DNA of 64,000 bases from a virus (IMGVR_UViG_3300028832_000096), one strand, 5' to 3'. Counted from the first letter of the stretch, positions 10,391 through 20,099 are shown. Made by a program: numbers and translations. The notes: generated by a model from the letters alone, not told the origin.

Positions 10391-11089
10391 TTAGTCCTCC
10401 TCATACTGAATAGGGTCTGTAGTATTGTTTGCTTTAAATGCTGCAATTCTATCTATGCAAGTTCCGCACTTTCCGCAGGCTTTATCTCCGCCTTCATAAC
10501 ACGACCAAGTTAATTCATAAGGAACATTCAAACTAAGCCCTGTTTTTACTACTTCTGATTTATTCATGTTAACCAGCGGAGCAACTACTCTTACTTTACC
10601 ATATGTTCCGATAACAATTGCAGTATTCATTGCTGAAGTAAATTCTTCACTACAATCGGCATAAGCTCTACCTGCGGCGTCATCTGCATGAGCGCCTAAA
10701 TAAATATCTACATCGTCATTAGGATAAATAGATTGAGCAAGAGCCGCTACAGCTGAAAGCATGAGGCCATTTCTAAAAGGAACATAAGTGCTAACTTTAC
10801 CTTCACCATTCTGTGCAATCTGGTCTGCATAACTCTGCTCAGGTATATCTTCAGTACTGTGAGCAAGTAATGAACAATTACTATACTGCAAAACATTTGA
10901 AAGGTCTAAAACATAATGATTTACTCCATAGTATTTTGCAATCTTATCTGCACATTCGAGTTCTTTAGAATGTCTTTGACCATAACTGACAGATACAGTG
11001 CTTACATTTTCTTTACCTAAACTCATAGCAAGGGCAACACAAGTAGTTGAATCTACTCCGCCGCTTGATAATACTAATGCTTTTTTCAT
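10391..11089 (-). CDS. queC: 7-cyano-7-deazaguanine synthase
   Basis: SGGVDS, YGQRH, TYVPFRN, YADC, TWSCY...CGKCGTC. Confidence 0.95.
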   Translation of the reverse strand: MKKALVLSSGGVDSTTCVALAMSLGKENVSTVSVSYGQRHSKELECADKIAKYYGVNHYVLDLSNVLQYSNCSLLAHSTEDIPEQSYADQIAQNGEGKVSTYVPFRNGLMLSAVAALAQSIYPNDDVDIYLGAHADDAAGRAYADCSEEFTSAMNTAIVIGTYGKVRVVAPLVNMNKSEVVKTGLSLNVPYELTWSCYEGGDKACGKCGTCIDRIAAFKANNTTDPIQYEED

Positions 11090-11404
11090 TTAATCCTCCT
11101 TTTCATATAATTCTGGAAACGCTAACATGATTAAATCTTCAATTCTATGATAAGTATCTGTCTGGCCATAGTATCCTGGTTTATATCTCTTATGAAGATG
11201 ATATACTGGAGACCCAGTTTTCTTACTATACCTACAAGGTCTAATTATTCTGGATTTATAATGTACTTCATGAATATCGCACTTGTGCGTTTTACCGTGA
11301 ATTCTGCTTCGAGTAACTACACGGCTAACACTTCTGACTCTGCCTATATTAGATACTTCATAAAGATTTTCATAATTAGGAATAGGACGCCAGACTTCTT
11401 TCAT
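11090..11404 (-). CDS. NUMOD4 domain protein (no HNH domain visible)
   Basis: EVWRPIPNYENLYEVSNIGRVRS NUMOD4 signature. Confidence 0.75.
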   Translation of the reverse strand: MKEVWRPIPNYENLYEVSNIGRVRSVSRVVTRSRIHGKTHKCDIHEVHYKSRIIRPCRYSKKTGSPVYHLHKRYKPGYYGQTDTYHRIEDLIMLAFPELYEKED

Positions 11405-11411
11405 ATTGACC

Positions 11412-11915
11412 TCACATATCAAATCTTATAGCACGATTACTTGCATCTCTGAGGGCGTCAAGCTGACGAGATTTTGCGTAATCTGCATAATCAAACTTAG
11501 GATTAGCCCAATTGACGAAAGGAAATATACTAATACCTCCTCTAGGTGAGAAAATACCTCTTACTTCGATGTACTTTGGGTCCATTAGTTTAATGAGGTC
11601 TTTCATTACGATATTCATACAGTCTTCGTGGAAATCACCATGGTTTCTAAAAGAGAAAAGATAGAGTTTAAGCGATTTACTTTCTACCATGTTTTCATTA
11701 GGAATATAGCTAATAATTACTTTAGCAAAATCAGGCTGGTGTGTCTTCGGACAAAGACTTGAAAATTCATAAGCATCAAAACTTACAACATAATCATTGT
11801 CCTGATGTTTGTTGATAAATGTTTCAAGTACTTCAGGGCAATAATCTGTAGGATACTTTGTATTCTGATTTCCGAGCAGTGATACATTACCGAGTTCTTC
11901 AGTATTTCTTGACAT
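11412..11915 (-). CDS. queF: NADPH-dependent preQ0 reductase (type I)
   Basis: [11 protein letters not shown] catalytic Cys/Asp, ESKSLKLY QueF motif, FHE, PRGGI. Confidence 0.95.
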   Translation of the reverse strand: MSRNTEELGNVSLLGNQNTKYPTDYCPEVLETFINKHQDNDYVVSFDAYEFSSLCPKTHQPDFAKVIISYIPNENMVESKSLKLYLFSFRNHGDFHEDCMNIVMKDLIKLMDPKYIEVRGIFSPRGGISIFPFVNWANPKFDYADYAKSRQLDALRDASNRAIRFDM

Positions 11916-11935
11916 ATGATTCTCCTTGTGAAAAA

Positions 11936-11970
11936 TTAAAAGGTGTAACCTATAAATATAGATTACACCT
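11936..11970 (-). terminator. Terminator upstream of queF (candidate riboswitch expression platform)
   Basis: Minus strand AGGTGTAATCT...AGGTTACACCT followed by TTT. Confidence 0.65.
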
Positions 11971-11991
11971 ACTATAACGATTATTCGTGTT

Positions 11992-12047
11992 GTGTAACCT
12001 GTTATTTTTGTTTAATGAGGGGCTGTCAAGGTAGTTACAAAACCCTC
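11992..12047 (-). ncRNA. Putative preQ1-I-like riboswitch aptamer no. 2 (transcriptional, upstream of queF operon)
   Basis: Stem GAGGG/CCCUC, loop UUUUGUAACUACCUUGACAGC, A-rich tail AUUAAACAAAAAUAAC, then AGGUUAC able to pair with loop GUAACU; loop resembles aptamer no. 1. Confidence 0.55.
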
Positions 12048-12055
12048 TAAAATAT

Positions 12056-12781
12056 TTAAGCAGCTTTATGTGCGTCGATATAAGCTTGACCTACTTTCTC
12101 CTTATCCCATCTACGAACAATTACAAGTCCAAGAGGCGAGAAAATAAGTTCTGCAATAAGCTCAAACAAACCGCCGAGAATAGCTGTTCCTACGCAAGTA
12201 AGAATAGGAAGCGATGTACCCCAATAGATAGGAGCAAAGATGCAATAAACACCTGCGATAAACAAGAAGTTATCAATGGCCTGACCTACAAATGTCGAGC
12301 CCCAACTTCTCATGAAGAAAGCAATACCACTATCTGGATTCTTCTTAAATAACTTGCCGATAGCTGCATTAAGCAAACTGTTGATAATTCCTGAAACAAC
12401 AAATGCTACTGTAGAACAAAGTACGATAAACCAAACACTACCAAAGATATAATTGAATTCGGTGTAAGGGTCTTGAGTAGGAATTGCAGCTACAATTGCG
12501 AGGAATACTACAGCAAAAAGATTGCCTACAGCAGAAAAGATGTTGAGCATGATTGAAGCTCTTGCACCAAATCTCTTTGTTACTGTGTCCATGCAAAGGA
12601 ACGGAAGCCAAGAAAGAATAAATCCACCAGTTACTGCAACATTAAAAGCATTAAAGATAATCTTACTAGCAGCCAAGTTCATAAGAACTGTACCAAGAAC
12701 AAATGCTACTGTTACAAGAGCGGGGATGTTATTCAACAGCAATTTATAGTCCGCTATCAAAGACTTTGTTTTTGAAACCAT
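12056..12781 (-). CDS. yhhQ: Queuosine precursor transporter (YhhQ/VUT family)
   Basis: Multiple TM helices; MNLAASK, D..T..FG...S and RS.GST.VGQ.IDN motifs; adjacent to que genes. Confidence 0.85.
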   Translation of the reverse strand: MVSKTKSLIADYKLLLNNIPALVTVAFVLGTVLMNLAASKIIFNAFNVAVTGGFILSWLPFLCMDTVTKRFGARASIMLNIFSAVGNLFAVVFLAIVAAIPTQDPYTEFNYIFGSVWFIVLCSTVAFVVSGIINSLLNAAIGKLFKKNPDSGIAFFMRSWGSTFVGQAIDNFLFIAGVYCIFAPIYWGTSLPILTCVGTAILGGLFELIAELIFSPLGLVIVRRWDKEKVGQAYIDAHKAA

Positions 12782-12790
12782 GGTTTGATT

Positions 12791-12855
12791 CCTCCTTAAA
12801 ATATAGTTTTTATTTGTAAAGCGGAGGATGTCGTAAGGAAGTACGAACTCCGCTG
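12791..12855 (-). ncRNA. preQ1-I riboswitch (translational, upstream of transporter)
   Basis: AGCGGAG-UUCGUACUUCCUUACGACAUC-CUCCGCU-UUACAAAUAAAAACUA...AAGGAGG; UUCG loop start, terminal C, A-rich tail; loop CUUCCUU is complementary to the SD. Confidence 0.75.
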
Positions 12856-12902
12856 ATTACCAAAAGGAATAGTATATCTATACTATAACGATTCAGGAAT
12901 TA

Positions 12903-13484
12903 TTAAACTTCTCTAATGAGCCAACAGGTACCATCATCGGAAGGACCAATCTGGAATTCAATACCATCAATTTTTACATTCCAAGAAGTCCAACTACCAC
13001 CCCTACCTGTTCCAAAATACTTACCACCGAGGTCAGCAAGCAAATCATCAATAAACGCTATCAAAGCATCACGGCTTCTATCATCAGGAGATACATGAAT
13101 TCCGTCATCTTGTGTATCATAATATAAATTAGTTGAATCAAGATAATTTTCAATCTTTGATGTAACAGCATCTGCGGTTTCAACTTCTTTAGTATAGTTA
13201 TCAGCCTGCTCTTTGAAGTAAACAAGATTGCTTTGAAGCCATTCAAGAATTAAATCAATTTTTTCGTCAAAATCAACGATGCCTTTTTTCTCAGCGAGGC
13301 CTTCCCAAACATGTTTAATATATTTAGGATTATATGATTGAATATCACAAGCATCAAGTTCTGCTTGATTTTCGCATCTAGCCACAGTTCTAATGTCCTT
13401 GCGGATAGCAGCTACTTGTGCAGGCATACCCTGCGCTTGAGTTCTTCTATATGATTGTCTAGCAGATTTGATATACTTTTTCAT
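12903..13484 (-). CDS. Hypothetical protein with MKKYIKSA leader (possible internal virion protein)
   Basis: AAGGAG RBS, AACCTT motif upstream. Confidence 0.75.
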   Translation of the reverse strand: MKKYIKSARQSYRRTQAQGMPAQVAAIRKDIRTVARCENQAELDACDIQSYNPKYIKHVWEGLAEKKGIVDFDEKIDLILEWLQSNLVYFKEQADNYTKEVETADAVTSKIENYLDSTNLYYDTQDDGIHVSPDDRSRDALIAFIDDLLADLGGKYFGTGRGGSWTSWNVKIDGIEFQIGPSDDGTCWLIREV

Positions 13485-13540
13485 GATGTGCTCCTTACAT
13501 AGAATTACTAACTTATACTAGAATATAAGGTTATGATGGT

Positions 13541-13768
13541 TTAAGTGTTAAGCTCAGGCTCAGGTTCAACATGCGTGAAGCATTCGTTCTTTACAGGGAA
13601 ACCATGGTCATCAATAATAGCAACAGCATGAATAGGCACAGAGCTTACTACTGCACTTGAGCATACAGTATAGAATTGTTGTTCTGCTTGTGGGAGGTTG
13701 TCATACTGATTGACAATATTTGCCGTCGTTCCTGCGGTGGTCTGTAATTCGATTACAAGGTAGTTCAT
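13541..13768 (-). CDS. Small phage protein at end of tail module
   Basis: AAGGAG RBS; follows tail genes. Confidence 0.7.
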   Translation of the reverse strand: MNYLVIELQTTAGTTANIVNQYDNLPQAEQQFYTVCSSAVVSSVPIHAVAIIDDHGFPVKNECFTHVEPEPELNT

Positions 13769-13787
13769 AATTTTGTTCTCCTTTATG

Positions 13788-15602
13788 TTAATCTTTTATG
13801 TACTGAATTGTTAATCTATTTACCTGACATGCAGCATCTCTGGAATTGTAGAGGTCAATTTTTCTCTTATCAGATACATTTGTCTGTATTCCTACAAATT
13901 TCCACAGACCGAATACCTGACCTGATGCACTCCAATAAAATGCTTGTCCGTCAATAGCATTTATACTTACATCACTGATAGTAACACAGCCATAGTTCCA
14001 AGAATTTGCGGCTACAGAAATATCGGATGAAAGTACAATGGTTTTCTCATAAATGGGTCTGCCATCTATCCAATAACCAACAATTTGTTCTGTATCAGAA
14101 TATATATGCGGAAGAATTACGCCATTGTCAGTTTCGTTTGGTTTAGCTTTTATCAAACCGCCTACAAATAACTGATTATTAGCATCTGGAATTCCATTTA
14201 TGGCAACCGAACGAGTTAATCTATCGACAAACATTATCGGAATGCCCTTACCTATAGTTAGAATATATTCGGTCTTATCGTTGCTAGTATATTCATCCCA
14301 TATAAGAACCTGAATTTCCCACTCTTTAGTATTATCAAGTCCTTCAGGAGGGTTTAAATATGTAGCAGTCCCGCTAGTTATTGTGCCGTCCGAAGTCCAA
14401 ACAGAAGTATCTTTCTGTCTATGGCTCGCACTGATATACATAGTATTTGTATTTAATACTGGTGAAATATTACCATTAACAGTAAGCGCCGTTGCGTTTT
14501 GGAAGTTACCATCACGAACTGCTGTACAATTAGCTGTCGGATTAGTCCAAGACTGTATCGGAATATCAATTGCTTGAGTTGCAGTATTGCCTCTACTATC
14601 TGTAACTGTTACTGTCGCTGTATAAGTTCCTGCTACATCAGGATTTGTAAATGTAACATTTCCAGAACCGTCTGGAGTATAGTCATTACCATTGATATTC
14701 AAATTATATGAAGAAATACTGGCGGATTTCTTTGCAGTAGCAGTTGCAGTATGAATTTGAAGTGTACTTTGTTTCTGAACTATTATTTGATTACTTCCGG
14801 TTCTCGAAACTGTAGTTGCATTAGTATCTTGGAAAGTAATGCCATTTGGAGTAGGGTTAGCATCTACAATTTCCATAGTAGCAGATTTTGTTTGCGTATA
14901 ATCTGTCGAATCTATAGTTGATTGCAACTCAAATGTTATTGGAAGAGAATTAGAACTAGGGGCTGATGCTAACATGCTGCTGATATTAGCTGCAGTAAGT
15001 GTAGATGACGTAAATGTGTATGGTGAATCAGATGCGTCATCTTGTAATGTAACCCAACTAGTATATTGGTCCACACTACTTGTATTAGTCCATTTTATTC
15101 TAAGTTTAAGGTCAGTAGCTAATCCTGCGGGGTTTGAAAATGTTACTGTAGGATAGCTCTCATCAGTAAAATTTGTTGCTGAATCTATAAGAGCACATCT
15201 ATCAATATGTTTTAAAGTATAAGATGCTTTACCATCTTGTGCCTTGTCATCAGATGACCAGTATATGTTTGCCTGGGCAGACATTGAAACAGTTTTTGTA
15301 CCATCTGTACCATGTGTAATGGTGAGTGTGCCTGTTTTCTTATATTTACCACCCCCATACATATTGAATTTAGAAGTAGTATTTACAACTTTTGTACCGT
15401 TGATTTTAACTATTACTTTATAGCAGGTTATATAATAACCTGACGACATTGTACCATTTGATTTTACGGTCCAGTTAATAGTAGTCGTATTATTTGCAAT
15501 ATTTTGAGATTTTATTGACCATGAAACATTTAGACCAATAGTACCTGAACTACTTGTCGAGTACTTACTAGTATTAAAACTACCATTTGTTACTTCAGCC
15601 AT
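13788..15602 (-). CDS. Siphovirus-type minor tail protein (DUF859-like)
   Basis: N-terminal WSIKSQNIANNTTTINW, HGTDGTKT, VTVTDSRG; C-terminal YSDTEQIVGYWIDGRPIYEKT module. Confidence 0.6.
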   Translation of the reverse strand: MAEVTNGSFNTSKYSTSSSGTIGLNVSWSIKSQNIANNTTTINWTVKSNGTMSSGYYITCYKVIVKINGTKVVNTTSKFNMYGGGKYKKTGTLTITHGTDGTKTVSMSAQANIYWSSDDKAQDGKASYTLKHIDRCALIDSATNFTDESYPTVTFSNPAGLATDLKLRIKWTNTSSVDQYTSWVTLQDDASDSPYTFTSSTLTAANISSMLASAPSSNSLPITFELQSTIDSTDYTQTKSATMEIVDANPTPNGITFQDTNATTVSRTGSNQIIVQKQSTLQIHTATATAKKSASISSYNLNINGNDYTPDGSGNVTFTNPDVAGTYTATVTVTDSRGNTATQAIDIPIQSWTNPTANCTAVRDGNFQNATALTVNGNISPVLNTNTMYISASHRQKDTSVWTSDGTITSGTATYLNPPEGLDNTKEWEIQVLIWDEYTSNDKTEYILTIGKGIPIMFVDRLTRSVAINGIPDANNQLFVGGLIKAKPNETDNGVILPHIYSDTEQIVGYWIDGRPIYEKTIVLSSDISVAANSWNYGCVTISDVSINAIDGQAFYWSASGQVFGLWKFVGIQTNVSDKRKIDLYNSRDAACQVNRLTIQYIKD

Positions 15603-15615
15603 ATATGTTCCTCAC

Positions 15616-16578
15616 TTATGTACCGACTACTCCAACAAGAGCTATGCCGTCATTAACTACAATATCGCTACTATTAGTTATTGTAATCGGTATAAAATCA
15701 ATCTTATCCCCGATTCGAAGTTTATCTTGAACTATACAATTTTTTATTCTAAACTCGTCGCCTACTACTCGGAATAGTTGTGTATTGTTTGCATCATAAC
15801 CTGCAAAGAAAACATTATTGTCAAATCTAACATAGGGGCGAGCATTTCCAGAACCTGAACCATAGAACTTAACTCCTAAGTTATTCATAAGTGCAATAAC
15901 ATCACCTTGTTCATTTTGAAGCTCAATAGTTCCGAATTGGTCGTTTAATCCGCCTCTAACAAGTTTACCGCCGTTTATCATTGCAGCAGTAAAATTAGCT
16001 ATAGTAACTTGAGCAGCATTCAAAGTACCTGAAGTTAGAAAATCTGCAACTCCATGACCATTAGAATCAATTATTGTAGTATATTGGCCACCATAGCCGG
16101 TACTTGAGAATCCAAATCCTGATGTGCCATTAAATCTCCATACCTTTGTGGTAGTTGCATTTATGTCGGGGTTATTAGTAACCAGAATCTCATTTGGATT
16201 ACCATCAGCGTCTAATCGCAAAATTACTGTACCATTTGCATTACCTGTAATTACTTCAGAAACTTCGGCTAAACGCTCATCTAAAACCGCTGGAGTTATA
16301 GTAGTTACCGCATTTTCCCAATCGTCTTCATCGAAAGAACCAGAAGCTTTGTCAGTAATACAACATGCAATATTATCTTCAGTAGTCCATAAATCGCCTT
16401 TAGAATATGGAGGAGTAGGTTGGATTAAAAATACGCGGGTTCCTGTACTTGCTATATTATTCCAAAGGTATTTTTCTCCCGTTGTTACAAGAGAAGTAGC
16501 AGTACCACCGCTTTCAGCAGGCAGGCTTTGATAGGTAGAACCTATATAATCTACATTATTTTTAACTATCTTGCTCAT
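15616..16578 (-). CDS. Tail tip/host-specificity-like protein
   Basis: QPTPPYSKGDLW and NEILVT...KVWRFN..GFGFSSTGY motifs typical of siphovirus tail spike C-termini. Confidence 0.6.
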   Translation of the reverse strand: MSKIVKNNVDYIGSTYQSLPAESGGTATSLVTTGEKYLWNNIASTGTRVFLIQPTPPYSKGDLWTTEDNIACCITDKASGSFDEDDWENAVTTITPAVLDERLAEVSEVITGNANGTVILRLDADGNPNEILVTNNPDINATTTKVWRFNGTSGFGFSSTGYGGQYTTIIDSNGHGVADFLTSGTLNAAQVTIANFTAAMINGGKLVRGGLNDQFGTIELQNEQGDVIALMNNLGVKFYGSGSGNARPYVRFDNNVFFAGYDANNTQLFRVVGDEFRIKNCIVQDKLRIGDKIDFIPITITNSSDIVVNDGIALVGVVGT

Positions 16579-16594
16579 AGTTCAGCTCCCTCGA

Positions 16595-17179
16595 TTAATC
16601 ATTAGTTATAAATACTATTGAATGTCCTACAACTGATGTAGCTGCTACAGTAATGCTACTTCCCATATTGCGCAAATTAAAATTTCCGTCGCTCTGCAAA
16701 TTAAGTCCTATTGCAGCACCACTATAGTAAGAAGTATTTTGTATATTATCAATAGGTAGAGGTCCTCCAGACAGTACTCCTACAAAACCATTGGCGCCAT
16801 TTGCAACTGCTGAACCATTACCATTAAAAGTTATACGTATCTGAACAATATGCCCTACTTTATATGCATTGAGTTCAGAAAGAACCCAGTTTCCGCTAGA
16901 TTTAGTAACAGTATATAGATTTGATATATCCTGAACTGGAGCAGTTATAGTACCAGTGGCTTGAATATTAGTGGCTTGAATATTAGTAGTTGATAGTATT
17001 TGTGAGCTTGGGTTATATTTGAGCGTAGAACTCTTTCTAACCCCCTCAGTTCTTGAGGTATTATCGGCAGTCCCGCTTAAAAGAACTTCATAATTAGCAT
17101 CATTATTAGTTCCTGTTTGAGTAACTTTATTATCACTACTATTTGAATAGGATATGCCGTTTTTTATTATCTTTGTCAT
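16595..17179 (-). CDS. Short tail fibre/receptor-binding protein
   Basis: C-terminal domain clearly paralogous to C-terminus of 17196-19496. Confidence 0.65.
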   Translation of the reverse strand: MTKIIKNGISYSNSSDNKVTQTGTNNDANYEVLLSGTADNTSRTEGVRKSSTLKYNPSSQILSTTNIQATNIQATGTITAPVQDISNLYTVTKSSGNWVLSELNAYKVGHIVQIRITFNGNGSAVANGANGFVGVLSGGPLPIDNIQNTSYYSGAAIGLNLQSDGNFNLRNMGSSITVAATSVVGHSIVFITND

Positions 17180-17195
17180 AATTTGCAATCATCCT

Positions 17196-19496
17196 TTAAT
17201 CATCGGTTATAAATGTTCCTGTAAATATTACTTCCTGTGATTCTGAAAAGGTTGCGCTCGCTACCAAGTTTCTACAAATAATAGCACCTGTTGCTGTGAT
17301 ATTCATACCTTGAATAGTGCTTCCAATAAAGGTCCATAATTTTGCCTCAACTATCGGTAATGCTCCTGCCGTAATATTTCCTACAAAGCCGTTGCTCCCT
17401 GCAGATACAGCTGAGCCGTTACCTTTTAAAACAAAATTTGCAAATATGATATTCCCGCACCTGTGAGCCTCTATCCTTTTAACACTCCAGTTTCCGCTTG
17501 TTTTGGTAATCGTGTATTGACTTGAAATATCCTGAACAGACATTGAATTACATTCAATGCTATTAGCAGACATACTGGAAGCAGATAAAGTATGCGTAGC
17601 AGATACAGAACGAACATGGAGTGTAGTATTTTGAGTGCTGTTTCGCCAAGTATGAGTATCAGAATCATACATAAGCAACTGACCACTAGATGGGTTGATA
17701 ATATCAACATCAGTAAGGTCATTGATAACTACTGCATTACTATCTCCGACATCCGTAATAAAATATGTAACTGCAGGGTCTTTGTACGAAAGGGCGTTGT
17801 ATTGTGCTTGTGTACCTTCCCATACTTGAGTCTTGTTAATCCAACTTCCGCTACTATATGTAAGAACTTGATTATTTGCCGCCGATGAGATATTTACGTC
17901 AGTTATAGAGTTCAATGCAGGTTTATTACTCAAATCGTTGAAACTTCCTGAAGTGGCAACTGTAGCTAATGAGCTATTTACCCAAGTAGTTCCATTATAT
18001 TTGAGGACCTGATTATTGCTAGGAGAAGATATTGATACACTAGATAAATCGCTAAGAGCTGGAGTATCTAATGTTGTATTTACCCACTTTGAACCATTAT
18101 ATCCCAACACCTGATTTCCAGCAGGGGAAGATATAATTACGTCACTCATACTTGCTAAAGCATAAGTAGGAGTAGATGGTGCATCTGTTATGTAGTAAAT
18201 TGTATCTGCGGGCTTTGAAGATAATGCATTATATTGAGCTTGCGTACCTTCCCAAATCTTTGAGCTGATAGTAGTGCCACTGAAAGATATTCCTGTACCT
18301 GCGGAATAAGTCGTATCAGTGAACTTTGCATCAGACGGTACTGACTTTGCAATAGTGTATCCACTGGATTTTATTCCCCCAGTTGTACCATCAGTAGTAA
18401 TGACCTGACCAGAAGTAGGTGTTGCAGTAAACACGCCGACAGCTGCGGTGTTATTCCAAGAAGTTCTATTAGCATCAGACTGCATTATGAACATTCTAGG
18501 TTCAGTCCTATCTACACCGATAGCTGTAGCGCCGCCAACATCAGAACCGTTATAGTTATCCATATACAGCCAGTTTTTATAGTGACTGTCCCCTGCTACA
18601 GTAGCATTTGACATTAAGAACCCTGCTCGGTTTGTTCCAAAGTAATTTGGAGGCTGCTGACCACCATTCGCAGTATATATGCCATAAACAGTATTTGAGT
18701 ATGTTGCATAAGGTGTTGTAATTGACTGCACGGAACCACTGGACGGCGTAAGTGTAACAGTAGTACCTGAAGTACCAAGTGTATATGTTGTATCTGAACC
18801 CCCTGGAGGAGTTTGCCAAGTACCATCCTCACGGAGATACTTTGTTGTACCTGAACCAGTACCAAGTGCCGTCTTTACATTAGTTGCGTTTACAATGTTC
18901 TTTACGGCTCGTCTGTGATAAGATGTCGTTGTCGTACCGCCGCCAGCATATTGAGCAACAAGATAATCGTCTTGCTGGGCAGGGGATGAACCCTCGCCCA
19001 AGCCATTAATCAGCGATGATAAACTTATAGACTGAGCTGAACCGCTTGACGGCGTGAGCTTAACGCTTTCACCATCTCGCGTCATGCTATAAGTTGTATT
19101 GGTATCATAATTTGCGTCAGCTATCCAACGGTCATCTGTTATTGCAGAACCACCGGAAGTAATGGAACCGGCAGGATGATAAGTCATCAGGATATTACAG
19201 CCTGCACCATAATGCGTAGTCAGCCTACCGGTATTGTAATAGCAGTTCTTAGCTCCGGTAGTTGTGCCATCAGATAGTGTGAGGTTAAGCGTGGCATTAC
19301 CACTGCCATTAAACGGCAGATAGTACATGATAGTAAGACCATCATAAAGAGCAGGGATAGGAATAGCTCCCGTCCATGAGCCGGTAGCACCCGTCTGTGT
19401 ACCTTTTACATAGTACACACCATTCCTTGCATTTCCGTTAATAGGATTAAGAAATCGGGATGAACCGGTTACAATAAGGTTATTAAGCTGTGCCAA
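17196..19496 (-). CDS. Tail fibre protein
   Basis: YLREDGTW, WEGTQAQYNAL x2, L.DV.ISSP.NNQVL.YNG..WVN repeats. Confidence 0.75.
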   Translation of the reverse strand: MAQLNNLIVTGSSRFLNPINGNARNGVYYVKGTQTGATGSWTGAIPIPALYDGLTIMYYLPFNGSGNATLNLTLSDGTTTGAKNCYYNTGRLTTHYGAGCNILMTYHPAGSITSGGSAITDDRWIADANYDTNTTYSMTRDGESVKLTPSSGSAQSISLSSLINGLGEGSSPAQQDDYLVAQYAGGGTTTTSYHRRAVKNIVNATNVKTALGTGSGTTKYLREDGTWQTPPGGSDTTYTLGTSGTTVTLTPSSGSVQSITTPYATYSNTVYGIYTANGGQQPPNYFGTNRAGFLMSNATVAGDSHYKNWLYMDNYNGSDVGGATAIGVDRTEPRMFIMQSDANRTSWNNTAAVGVFTATPTSGQVITTDGTTGGIKSSGYTIAKSVPSDAKFTDTTYSAGTGISFSGTTISSKIWEGTQAQYNALSSKPADTIYYITDAPSTPTYALASMSDVIISSPAGNQVLGYNGSKWVNTTLDTPALSDLSSVSISSPSNNQVLKYNGTTWVNSSLATVATSGSFNDLSNKPALNSITDVNISSAANNQVLTYSSGSWINKTQVWEGTQAQYNALSYKDPAVTYFITDVGDSNAVVINDLTDVDIINPSSGQLLMYDSDTHTWRNSTQNTTLHVRSVSATHTLSASSMSANSIECNSMSVQDISSQYTITKTSGNWSVKRIEAHRCGNIIFANFVLKGNGSAVSAGSNGFVGNITAGALPIVEAKLWTFIGSTIQGMNITATGAIICRNLVASATFSESQEVIFTGTFITDD

Positions 19497-19538
19497 GTTA
19501 TATTACCTCCGCTATATAATAGAAAAGGTTATAATAAG

Positions 19539-20099
19539 TTAGAGTTCGTAGAATTGATTGGATAGCATATACCCTTTTCCGATTTTTGAATTGTCTAATC
19601 CGTTTATATATTCTGTCATTTCTGTGGACTGTGCTATACCCTGCTTATTGATGTTTGATTGATTAGATAAAGGGATTACTCGGCTATCAGCTCTATAATA
19701 TACGGGGGTTGAAGTCCAATAATACGCATCGAAATCCCTTACAGATTTAGATTTATCCGTAACATACTGAACATGTTGAAATCCCTTATTTGACGCTCCC
19801 GTTATGACAGCAGAATCATTGTAAGTTCCGTCAGTATAATATAATCGAAGCCCACAAGGTCGGCATACCCCATCATATATACAATCATCACCATCTATCC
19901 ATAAATCAATGATATATTGAGTATTTGCAATAAACTCATTTCGTAAAATATAGCTTTCATCCCCGTAATTTTTATAAAAAGGTTCAGGTCTAATATCCAT
20001 AGCCCATATACCATTCCTCAAAACATACTCACCAACCCCAACATATCTTGGTTTGGTATTATATTTAGCAACATTTTCGGTTGTGAATATATTACACAT
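19539..20099 (-). CDS. Hypothetical virion protein
   Basis: 186-aa ORF in tail cluster. Confidence 0.55.
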   Translation of the reverse strand: MCNIFTTENVAKYNTKPRYVGVGEYVLRNGIWAMDIRPEPFYKNYGDESYILRNEFIANTQYIIDLWIDGDDCIYDGVCRPCGLRLYYTDGTYNDSAVITGASNKGFQHVQYVTDKSKSVRDFDAYYWTSTPVYYRADSRVIPLSNQSNINKQGIAQSTEMTEYINGLDNSKIGKGYMLSNQFYEL

